Shown: positions 38,750 through 48,755 of the stretch, one piece after another
Layout of the letters: each line of letters opens with the position of its first letter
How positions within the stretch are numbered: position 1 is the stretch's first letter
Source of the DNA: Macrostomum lignano
Lineage: Eukaryota
Direction of reading: 5' to 3'
NCBI GenBank assembly: GCA_002269645.1
Contig: NIVC01000718.1
Span: forward strand, 7,662-71,661
Length of the DNA: 64,000 nt
Translations under genes and position numbers: made by a program
The notes under the pieces: generated by a model
Told to the model about the DNA's origin: nothing
Databases searched by the model: none
Seen by the model: the letters and a program-made list of their open reading frames with translations, nothing else

Positions 38750-39300
38750 CCTTCCTGTGTCTCTCCCTTCTCTCCCTGCCTCTCATCTTCCCTCTCTCCC
38801 TGCCTCTCATCTTCCCTCTCTCCCTGCCTCTCATCTTCCCTCTCTCCCTGCCTCCCATCTTCCCTCTCTCCCTGCCTCTCATCTTCCCTTATCTCCCTGC
38901 CTCTCATCTTCCCTCTCACGCTGCCTCTCATCTTCCCTCTCACGCTGCCTCTCATCTTCCCTCTCACCCTGCCTCTCATCTTCTCTCTCACCCTGCCTCT
39001 CATCTTTCCTTCTCTCCCTGCCTCTCATATTGCCTCTCACCCTGCCTCTCATCTTCCTTCTCACTCTGCTTCTCATCTTCCCTCTCACCCTGCCTCTCAT
39101 CTTCTCTCTCACCCTGCCTCTCATCTTTCCTTCTCTCCCTGCCTCTCATATTGCCTCTCACCCTGCCTCTCATCTTCCTTCTCACTCTGCTTCTCATCTT
39201 CCCTCTCACCCTGCCTCTCATCTTCCCTCTCACCCTGCCTCTCATCTTCCCTCTCACCCTGCCTCTCCACCTCCTTCGCACCCTGGACGTCAGCTTCCTT
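38750..39300. repeat. 24-bp CT-rich minisatellite CTCTCATCTTCCCTCTCACCCTGC
   Basis: Visible directly. Confidence 0.9.
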
Positions 39301-39680
39301 CTCACTCTCCTTGTCACCCCCTTGTCAAACTCCTTGCTATCTTCCCTTTCACCCTCCTTCTCACCCTCCTACTCACCCTCCCACTCACCCTCAAGCTCAC
39401 CCTTCCAGTCACCCTCCCAGTCACCCTTATATTAACGCTAAGCCTCTCCCAATCTCAAGCTGTATGCTTCGTCCATAAAAAGCACAGAAGCAATCAAATC
39501 TTATCAACTCCATCCCAAAATTGTTTCTATCGCACAATTTTTTCTGTTGAAGCTTTGAGAACATTTCTTAGAAATCAATTTTATGACTTGACTTGACTTA
39601 GCTGCAGGGCTGTCCCGGAGGGGACACAGCGGGAAGGCGCGGGCGCCCATTCCGCTAGTCCCTGAACGGCCGACGCGTCG

Positions 39681-42600
39681 CTATGGACGGAGGGTTGGCG
39701 CCGCCCAGGGAGGTCCCCCAGTGTCGCCAGCAGCTATGGTGCTCTCTGGAAAGGAGAGTTCAGCCCTGCGGGTGGCCCGAAGGTAGCGCATGAGCTGATT
39801 AAAGTTTTCGGGTTTGCACGCTTCAGTAATAGATGTGTGTGGCCCGAGGTAAGTGAGTCTGGCCCGCGTGAAGGCGGGACAGATGCTGACGAAATGCTCA
39901 GCGGTTTCGTCACCTGAGTTGCAGAAACTACAGGTGGCGTTGGTGGCGTTGCCCTGCAGGTACTGGTGCCTGGAGAAGCAGCCGTGACCAGAGAGGGTCA
40001 TGGTGGCAGCCCGGATGTCTCTGCGCGAGAGGCGCAAGAGGAGCTTCCGGAGCTGGTGAGAGGGCTGAGGGACAGCGCCTCTGGATTGCCTGCAGTTCGT
40101 GCGGTTCGCCCAAGTCGAGCGGTGCTGAGTCCTGATCCACGCTTTGATGCGCGAGTCGATGACACAGCCAGGAATCGGGACAAGAGGTTCGGGGCCGAGA
40201 GAGGAGCCGGAGGCACCAACTTTTGCAAGGGTGTCAGCCAACTCATTTCCTCGGATCCCCACATGCCCCGGAACCCACTTAAGGGTAATTTTGTTGGCGG
40301 AACCCAACACATTGAGGAGTTTGATACAGTCAAGGACTGTAGCAGAGTTGGTGCTGCAGCCACTGATGGCGTGCAAGGCAGCTTGGCTGTCCGAATGGAA
40401 AATGATGTTCTTACCAGTAACGCCAGTGGCGAGAAGCTCTGCAGTGCAGGAGCTGATGGCCAGAACTTCATTTTGGAAAACACTGGAGTTGACCCCAGTG
40501 TATTGAGCGTGGGTAGCGATGACCCTCCCGTTCAGAAAGATTCCAACACCAAAGCCGGTGTTGGCTGACTGCTTAGAACCGTCGGTGTAGCAATGAAGCT
40601 CACCAGGGTTCCAATGGTCATTGATGTTATCGCGCGAGTCGATAGCTACGGAGTAGCGCTGTCTCAGGTTGAGCGTTGAGGCAATGCCATCGGTGAAGAC
40701 GCGATTGGCCTGACACTCGTTGAGAAAGTTGAGGCACAGATCGCTATGCGGGACAAGGTTCCGCTTAGCAGGTGCTCTCATGTAAATGAATTTGACGCCG
40801 GCATCAATTAGACGCCGCGTCGTTCTAGCCGCCTCACCCCTGATGAAGAGGTCAAGAGGCGGAAGATTAAGAAAGGCCCCCATGCCAGCAAAGGGCGTGG
40901 ACCTGGTGGCGTTGCAGATGAGCCTACACGCTCTGCCTTGGATCGTGTTGAGCAGGTCTGCATGGCTTTTGACCTGGGTAGCGCTAACCCAGACAACAGA
41001 GGCGTACGTAATGGCAGGTCTAACTACGGAAGTATAGATCCACCAAAGCCGCTTTGGGGATAGACCCCAAGAAGTGCCAAGTGCTCGTCGGAGCTGGGCC
41101 AGGATGGCTGAGGCACGCTTAGCTTTTGCTTTCACGTGGAAGGACCAGTTGAGCCGGTGGTCAAGTGTGACCCCGAGACATCTGGTCTGGTGCGCGAAGG
41201 CAATATCTCTGCCGTAGAGCTGCAGAGGACGTATGTTCCAGCGTAGTCTGCTGGTAAACATAATGGCAACGGTTTTGGGCTCAGAGAGTTCCAAACCATT
41301 GTCATTGGCCCAGGATTCTGCTTTGCGGATAAAGCTCTGCATCAGATCCCTGAGCGTGCTGGGAGACGGTCCTGCCACAATGGCCGTGACGTCATCAGCA
41401 TACCCGACTTTGAAGACGGGGTCAGGTCGGGAGTCACTCAGAAGAGCGTCCATGACCAGGTTCCAGAGCGTCGGGGTGAGGACTCCGCCTTGGGGTCCAC
41501 CCTTACAGACTCTGGTGGAGGCAGTTTGCCCAAGAAGTTGGGCAGTGACCGTACGGTTGGAGATCATGTACATGATCCACCGTATGAGGGTAGCATGAGC
41601 TTTGCGATTTTGAAGGGCCCTCTGAAACGCTTCAAAGATAACGTTGTCGAAGGCGCCAACAATGTCAAGAAAGAGAGCCAGGGCGTAACCGTCACCCAGT
41701 ACCGCCCGTTCAATCTTTTCGACAATCGCATGCAGGGCGCTGTCAGTCGACCTCCCGGTACGGAAGGCGTGCTGATTATTGCTGAGGGGCATCGCTGTCA
41801 GCTCGCAGGAGAGCAGCCGCCAGAGAATAAGCCTCTCAGTGAGCTTAAGCATTGCTGACGTTAAGCTAATTGGCCGGAAGGCCTTGACGCTTTGGTAGTC
41901 ACCCTTCCCAGGTTTGGGAATAAAGACTACTCGAGCTTCAGTCCAGCTTTTGGGAACGTATCCCAGCTGGATAGAGGCCCGCATAAGATTGCGGGTGAGT
42001 CTCAGGAACGAGGGTATCTTGGCTGCTTCACGAAGGAGAACAGGGTAGATACCATCAGGTCCAGGAGATTTGAAGGGTTTGAAGGTTCTGACCGCACGAG
42101 CGATTAGGTCTTCAGTGACAATGCCCGCCGCTAGGGTGGCTCCATCCATCGAATGGTTGGGCTCCGGTCTAGCAGTAGGTACCCTCGGGAAGAATGTGCT
42201 AAGCATATGCTGAAGCACTTCTTCAGGGTCTTTAGTAAGAGAGCCATCATCTTTTTTATCATGGCTAATTTGGACATTTTGTCCATTGTAAGGGCCTTGA
42301 CAAGCCTAGAAGTAGGTCTGTCTTGATCCAATTCATTGCAGAATTGGCGCCACTTACATTCCTTGGCCTTGCGCACTTCAGATTTGAAATTGCGGGAGGC
42401 TTGCCGGAAAAGCTCCATGTCCTCCGGGTTTCCGGTCTTCATGGCACGGCGATGAAGGCTTTTGGCCTTCCGCCTGAGTTTCCCCAGCTCCGGGTTCCAC
42501 CACGGCGCCGAGGTCTTGCCTCTGTAGGCGCGAGCAGGACAAGCCGCTTCGTAGGCTGCAATAATGCAACCTGTCAGCGTCTCAGCCATATGATCCACAT

Positions 42601-43419
42601 CCTCGCAGGTCTCAATCGGACGTAAGTCCGTGAGTTCCTGCAGGTGCAGATCAAGGGCAGCCTTGTAGGCCGCCCAATCAGTGTTGCGGATATTGCGTCT
42701 CCAAGTGATCGGAGACTGGGTTTTAGTGTCCGCGATATTAAAGGCGATAAAGCAGTGGTCAGACAGGGAGGGCTCCTCAGACCAGACTCTCCACTCCTTG
42801 ACTCTGTCAAAGAGTCTTGGGGTAACGAGTGTGGCGTCGAGGACCTCGGTCCATCTGCCATTATTAAAGGTAGGAGTGCTGCCGCGGTTGCAGAGCATGA
42901 GGTTTGTGTTAGAGATGAGGGCCAGAAGCTCCTCTCCTCTAGTGTTGGTATCTTTGCTGCCCCAGTGCTTGTGGTGCGCGTTGAGGTCGCCCCCTAAGCA
43001 CAGCTCAGCGTTCTGGGACTCGCAGTACTGCGCAAGGCGCAGTAAACTCTCGGGAGCAGGGTCTCTGTCGCCTGGGATATAAACCGAGGCAACAAGACAC
43101 GTACGCGGAGAGAAATGATTAGATTGGATGACGCAAAGGTCTCCATCAGAGAGATCAGTCCTCAGCCAAGCCTGGAGATGGCTAGCAGCGAGGATAGCCG
43201 CTCTAGGGCGGCTGTTCCCCGGGCCACACACATAAAAATCAAGTAGCCAGAGGGAATGTTGGGCAACTTACCGTTGCGCATCCAGGGTTCCTGGATCAGG
43301 ATGAGGCCTGGCCTGTACAGCTCAGCAATCTTCATCAGATTTACTGACGCAGATACGCAATGCTGTAAATTTATTTGCAGACAGAATGTCGCTCCTTTGG
43401 CAGCGTGGAGCTTAGTCAT
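39681..43419 (-). CDS. Retrotransposon ORF2 (endonuclease, reverse transcriptase, RNase H, CCHC), 1245 aa after repair of two frameshifts
   Basis: APE motifs QINLQH, IQEPW, GDLNAHH and SDH; RT motifs KSPGPDGI, FRPISL, FLDIVGAFD, GPQGGVLTP and YADD; RNase H motifs YTDGSK, SDSQAAL and WVPGHVGIRGNELAD; zinc knuckle CSFC...H...C. Shifts at the (TG)n run 43225-33 and the A6 run 42252-57. Confidence 0.95.
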
Positions 43420-43458
43420 ACTGTATTAAATGCAATATCTGGCTAGAGCCCAGGGCCA

Positions 43459-44964
43459 TCAAGGAGACTTGGACAACAGATCGTCCTCGTCCCAGGCCGC
43501 TGGGGCTTGACTGGGAGATGGGAGTTGGTCGACGTCCATGGCCTCCTCACCCCCACCGGCCCCCCCAGCAGAGTCCTCAGGCTCCGATGACAGGATGGAG
43601 GAAGCTTCCTCACCTGCATCTTTACCTTCAGACCCCACCAAGGTGGCCGAGGAGAGCTCGGATTCCGAAGACCCGGCCTCGTCCTCAACTCCTTCTCCGA
43701 CTGGCAGGTTTGGTTCCCGGGGCTCGGCCGGAGCCGTTACCGCGGTCGCCGAACTGCTGCTAGCAGAGGGGCGAGATGCAGCTTTGGCTTTGGGATCGGC
43801 TTGCGCCTTTCCTTGGGCCTTAGACTGCGCCCCGCTCTTGCCGGAGATGCCGGGGTTGGCAGTAGCCTTCCCTTTGGCAGACTTTCCTCGGCGCAACTTG
43901 AGCTTGAGGGCACCCAGCTGGAAAGAGGATCCATTAGGGTACCGACTCGCCCAAGTGCTGGAAAGGCCGAGGACAATTGAGTTGCCCGTCTCCCCCCTGC
44001 GGACTTTGCGGTGATACACCAGTCCACTAGCAGGGAGGTCGGGGTTCAGACGCAGTAGGACCCGGCGAATAACGTCTGGTCCAGCTGCGGTGCTCTTAGC
44101 AGGGACGAAAACCACATAGGGTATCGTCTTTGGACGCTGGCCCTCGCGAAGAAAAAGAGCTCCACCAAGGTCAGCATCCAAGGAGACCGTCGGTAGCCGC
44201 TGGAGCAGCCGCCGAGCGTCCTCCTCGCTGCTAGGAGCAATAAGAACGAATGTGCTTCGCAGCACCATCCGCTCAACGCCGATGGAGATTCCCTCCTCGA
44301 CAGTCAGCTCAATCAGATAGGAGTCAACAGCACTCCACACTTTTTGAAGCTGATCAGTGGTCCAGTCCTGGTCGCGACCTTGGATGATCACTCCCGGGAT
44401 TTTGGCCTTGGCCTTCGCCGCAAAGGTAGCTCCCGAAGGAACCTCCTTGTTGGCAGTGGCCATTTGTTGCGCCGTGGTTTCGGCCTCAGCAGCCGCGGCA
44501 GCAGCTCCAGGGAGCGCCGCCGCTGAACTACTGGAGCTTCCACCGGCCGGCCCGCCTGGTTGCCTTGGGACTCCAGTCGCTTCAGCATCCATGGTGGACG
44601 CCGCCGCTTTGGCCCCCGCAGCTCCCTTCTTGGCCTGCCTTTTGGCGCGTTGTTTAGCGCGTTTGCGCTCAAGCCGAGCCCGCTGAGCTTCATCGGATCT
44701 GCCAGATTTGGCCGGTCCTTTAGGCTCAGAGCTCGCGGTTCCCTTAGATCCACCAGCGGAGCTGGCAGGTCTTAGGGTATTTTGAGTTTGGTAGCTCTGG
44801 TCGGATCTGCCAGCAGAGCCAGCCGGTCCTTCCTTTGCCACAGTTGAATCAGTCGGTTGGGATCTGCCAGCAGGGCCGGCCGGTCCTTCGGACTGAGGTT
44901 GGGGTTTAGAAGGGTCCCCGTCCCTAGAAATAGCTTGTTTATCCATAGTCGGCTCGAAGGCCAT
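43459..44964 (-). CDS. Retrotransposon ORF1 (501 aa from the first ATG; basic helix plus DUF4780-like region)
   Basis: Intact ORF ending 40 bp before ORF2; open frame extends to 45021. Confidence 0.85.
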   Translation of the reverse strand: MAFEPTMDKQAISRDGDPSKPQPQSEGPAGPAGRSQPTDSTVAKEGPAGSAGRSDQSYQTQNTLRPASSAGGSKGTASSEPKGPAKSGRSDEAQRARLERKRAKQRAKRQAKKGAAGAKAAASTMDAEATGVPRQPGGPAGGSSSSSAAALPGAAAAAAEAETTAQQMATANKEVPSGATFAAKAKAKIPGVIIQGRDQDWTTDQLQKVWSAVDSYLIELTVEEGISIGVERMVLRSTFVLIAPSSEEDARRLLQRLPTVSLDADLGGALFLREGQRPKTIPYVVFVPAKSTAAGPDVIRRVLLRLNPDLPASGLVYHRKVRRGETGNSIVLGLSSTWASRYPNGSSFQLGALKLKLRRGKSAKGKATANPGISGKSGAQSKAQGKAQADPKAKAASRPSASSSSATAVTAPAEPREPNLPVGEGVEDEAGSSESELSSATLVGSEGKDAGEEASSILSSEPEDSAGGAGGGEEAMDVDQLPSPSQAPAAWDEDDLLSKSP

Positions 44965-45242
44965 GATAAAAGGTTGGTGGGCTACCCTCAAAGGGGCGCG
45001 GTACCCACCCGGCCGCTCCACCTGACCGGGCAGTAGGCCAATAGCACCCTCAAGGCTGGCCCGACACCAGGAGGGGGACCGCTTGCGACCGGACTACTCC
45101 CCGGCCTTCCAGCCCATCGGCACGGTCAACACCTTAGGCATTAGAGAGTACGTTGAGCAGTACCACGGCCTGCAGGTTGGCGAGCCAGACCCGCATACCC
45201 AAATTCGGCCGAAGCCACTGGATAGGGTCGCCAGCGCCGGAG

Positions 45243-45480
45243 CCCAGTCTGTCCAGCAGCCCTAGGGACTGCCTTGAACACACGCGGGGACGAGTACCCT
45301 GGGTCGACTTGCGAGACAGCGTGGGGGGGGGTCTGCGGCTGCCAGAGGCAAATAGAGGGTGCAGACCTCCCACCAGCCTTGACCTGCTGAAGATAGGGGC
45401 AGGCGTGAAGCATCGCAGACCTTAGCCCATGGGCCTAGTCTGTCTCATACTTCACTGGCATGCTGAATACGCCTTCGCGT
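45243..45480 (-). ncRNA. Candidate HDV-like self-cleaving ribozyme at the retrotransposon 5' end
   Basis: Hand-folded: P1 ACGCG/CGCGU, P3 GGG/CCC, L3 UACUCGU, P1.1 AC/GU, P4 hairpin, C at 45251 then AGA, P2 CCCA(G)/(C)UGGG; predicted cleavage site 1 nt from the TSD boundary. Confidence 0.6.
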
Positions 45481-46224
45481 GCAATTTTATGACACTATTA
45501 TATTACATTACTTCGGCGCATTAAACTATCCCAATGTCCAGGTTGGCATGTCTTCTGTGTGCAATTCTAGGGGAAATGAAAATTGAATGGGAGCTCTGCA
45601 GTTTGCGCTGGTAAACAGCAAAAGTGCGAAAGAGAAGAGAGATGGAAAGAAAGAAAGAAAGAAAGAAAGAAGGTTGCAGGAGGCGGCTCAAGAATCGGAC
45701 TTGGTAGACGCGGGAGGCCAAGTGATGGACTACTTATTCTGTTTGATTCGCGGCAAGATAAGCTGCCTGGGATTAATTCGAGTGAAGGCACAGGCTCCCC
45801 CGCCCTGGGTTGCCTCGCTCACACGCAGACACCAAAACAACCCAGCAACTCACTTTACGTATTTGGCTCCGTAGCTACAACGTATATGAAATTTAGCAAA
45901 GCTGCTAATATATTGCTTTTAGTTTTGTTAGTCTGACATGCGATTCGAAAACAGGAGGTAAAGAGGGACAAGGGCGAACCCAGGAAAACATGTTGCTTTT
46001 CTATTTTCAACATTCTTCCTTTAGAGATGATTAATTAAGCTGGGATTTTCTCCAACTGGGGTTGGAGGGGGGAGGGCGGATGCAAACGGAGCGACGGACT
46101 GCACTTTTACTGTTGACTGAATGAGTTTTCACGGGCACGTACCCGTTAGCTCCGGTATACGAATATTTAATAAGGTATAGACAATAACAAGGCCTCCGAA
46201 AATCTGAAAATCTTGTAGGTTCCC

Positions 46225-46760
46225 TGCAAAAACATCGGGTGCTCCCAATAGAAACATCGGGTGCTCCCAATAGAAACATCGGGTGCTCCCAATAGAAACA
46301 TCGGGTGCTCCCAATAGAAACATCGGGTGCTCCCAATAGAAACATCGGGTGCTCCCAATAGAAACATCGGGTGCTCCCTGCTGAAACATCGGGTGCTCCC
46401 TGCTGAAACATCGGGTGCTTCCTGCTGAAACATCGGGTGCTCCCTGCTGAAACATCGGGTGCTCCCTGCTGAAACATCGGGTGCTCCCTGCACAGACATC
46501 GGGTGCTCCCTGCACAGACATCGGGTGCTCCCTGCACAGACATCGGGTGCTCCCTGCACAGACATCGGGTGCTCCCTGCACAGACATCGGGTGCTCCCTG
46601 CACAGACATCGGGTGCTCCTTGCACAGACATCAGGTGCTCCCTGCTGAAACATCGGGTGCTGCCTGCTGAAACATCGGGTGCTGCCTGCTGAAACATCGG
46701 GTGCTGCCTGCTGAAACATCGGGTGCTCCCTGCTGAAACATCGGGTGCTCCCTGCAAAAA
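46225..46760. repeat. 22-bp minisatellite AAACATCGGGTGCTCC(CAATAG/CTGCTG/CTGCAC)
   Basis: About 24 units in blocks of variants, ending ~170 bp upstream of the GPCR ATG. Confidence 0.95.
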
Positions 46761-46931
46761 CAATCGATAGTCTCAATCAATTGTAGAAAAATAATCTCTC
46801 TAAGGCCTACATGTAAGGATAGTATTCGTATCAGATCTTTCATACTTCTCAAGGTGTTCAAAATCCATTACCTGACAGGTGCCTCAACAACTCGTCGTTC
46901 CCGCGGTCAGCAACAACCCCAATCGAACGGG

Positions 46932-47527
46932 ATGGCTCCGAACTCGGCGGAGCATTTCTGCCGGCTGCTGGACATTGAGTACTACCCCTACATCGTCGTG
47001 GCTCCTTTCACCTTCTTAGCTGGCCTGGCATTCGCATTCTCAGCATTCGTGTTTCACCGTTTGAAATCCGATTCCAACAGCGTTACGGGATTCCTAACCA
47101 TCGTCATCACGGAGATGCTCGTCTGCCTAAGCAGCGGCGCCTGTTTAAGCTTGAAGCTGGCGAACATTGCCGAGAATCGAGCCGCCTGTTTGGATGGCAG
47201 CATCGATCAGCTGCTGCAGAATAATGCCACCACCAACCTGTCCAGTTCGTTGTTCAGCATCAAAGATGCTACCGAAAATGCTACTACAACCAGCAGTCTG
47301 TCCAGCGTTTCAAAGGGCGGAAAGTACTTTCCAATTCCTCTGCTAGTGGCTTTCTATTCGACAAACTACCTGCTGTTCGCTAGAAACTACTGCATTGTGG
47401 TCAAGACCACGCTCACTTTGGTGGCCATCGCTTCGCCGATGCGGTCAAGGGTCACCTTGACAGCCGCCAAAGCCAGGACCGCCTTTGCCGCCTGTTACAT
47501 TTTCGCTCTGGTGCCTAACTGCATCCG
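46932..47527 (+). CDS. Divergent rhodopsin-type (peptide-receptor-like) orphan GPCR, exon 1 (TM1-TM4)
   Basis: Four hydrophobic segments; AIASPMRSR resembles the IL2 consensus; GTAAGA donor at 47528 in phase 2. Confidence 0.7.
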
Positions 47528-48086
47528 GTAAGAGCAGGCCTGCTTGAGTATGATATTGATCATAGCCTGATCATAGAAGAAATTTTCCGTCAGGTAAAAG
47601 TACTTCAATGCTTGAAGCTGATCGTAATTGCGTGTACAAATTTCAGGGCTTCATGGCTTAAATCTAAACCTAGCAAGTAACCAAATGCATTGTTATGACA
47701 GATTGACAGTTTTTGCGATGACGTGTGTTGCCTACCGCTGCGCTGCTTGCTTTGATACACGTCAGCAGATCGCTAGAAGTGTCAAGTGGGAAAAACTTTT
47801 ATTGTCAATCCGCAGCAAATTGCACTTTACAGAATAGAACTTCAAAGCATTTGGTTTGCAGTGACTGACGTCAGAAAAAACTCTTCGATCATTGCAGATT
47901 TTTTGAAGAATTTCGTCCTCTAAGACTGATCCACATTCAATGCGGAATAATTAAAACAAAATTTCAACTTATGTGTGAGTGTAGGAAAAACGAAGGTTCT
48001 TGAGACTATGCGGATTTTCTTAGAAATACATTAGATCCCTTTTTCTTTATGGGAAAATCGGTTGAATATAGAGAAGGCAATACAAT

Positions 48087-48456
48087 CACTCTTCCCCTGA
48101 AGTAGGATATTGGTCCATGAAATATACCAAGAAAGCGGTTTGTTTCCCATGGATCAGTGTCCTTATAGTAGCCTAAAACAATGTTCACTGAAATCATATC
48201 GCATTGTCTGTACACCGTACAGGTATATTAATTAGTCCAGTACTAGCTGGCTGTTATAGTTAGTATTTACTTCACACTAGGGCCTCTGAATTGAATATTT
48301 ATAGTAAAATTCAGACATGGATATGCAGTTAAATACTTCAATAGATTCAATCCATTCGCACCTGCATATATCAACATTTGCACCTGTGTAATAACTACCT
48401 TTATATGCACCTTGACACCTTTAATTTTTTTACCGTAAGTACTGCGAAAAAATCCA
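48087..48456 (+). repeat. Left terminal inverted repeat (~370 bp)
   Basis: Reverse complement of 51057-51427 with about 7 differences counted by eye. Confidence 0.95.
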
Positions 48457-48755
48457 TATAATAGATGAGCAAGGGGTAAAAACTATATATTCTACAGCTG
48501 TCACTTCAAAAAGCTAAAAGCACAACAGACTTTGTTTGTCAATCAAGATTTTCAAGCCTTGTCAGTGGTAGGCTTATGAGAAGGGACATTTTAAATCGAT
48601 CTCTTCCATAGACATTTGATTTTGTTTCACAAGTTTTTGTTGGTATGTACACTGGTGTTGAGGGTTTGGCCATAGACAAAAGTCTTGAGGAGATGAGCTG
48701 ACTGTCAGTGTGAAATTTATGCCTTTATATTTTTTGGCTTTCATTGCTTCTCAAA

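Larger units (their letters stand above)
39588..45481 (-). mobile_element. Full-length non-LTR retrotransposon, LOA-clade-like (Lian/Baggins type), 5894 bp
   Basis: ORF1 plus an APE-RT-RNaseH-CCHC ORF2; (AAGTC)n 3' tail; identical 12-bp TSD CAATTTTATGAC at 39576-39587 and 45482-45493. Clade assigned from domain order and an ORF1 resembling DUF4780. Confidence 0.93.

Noticed and set aside
40483-45791. Numerous short ORFs overlapping the retrotransposon
   Set aside because: They are alternative-frame and antisense shadows of GC-rich coding sequence.
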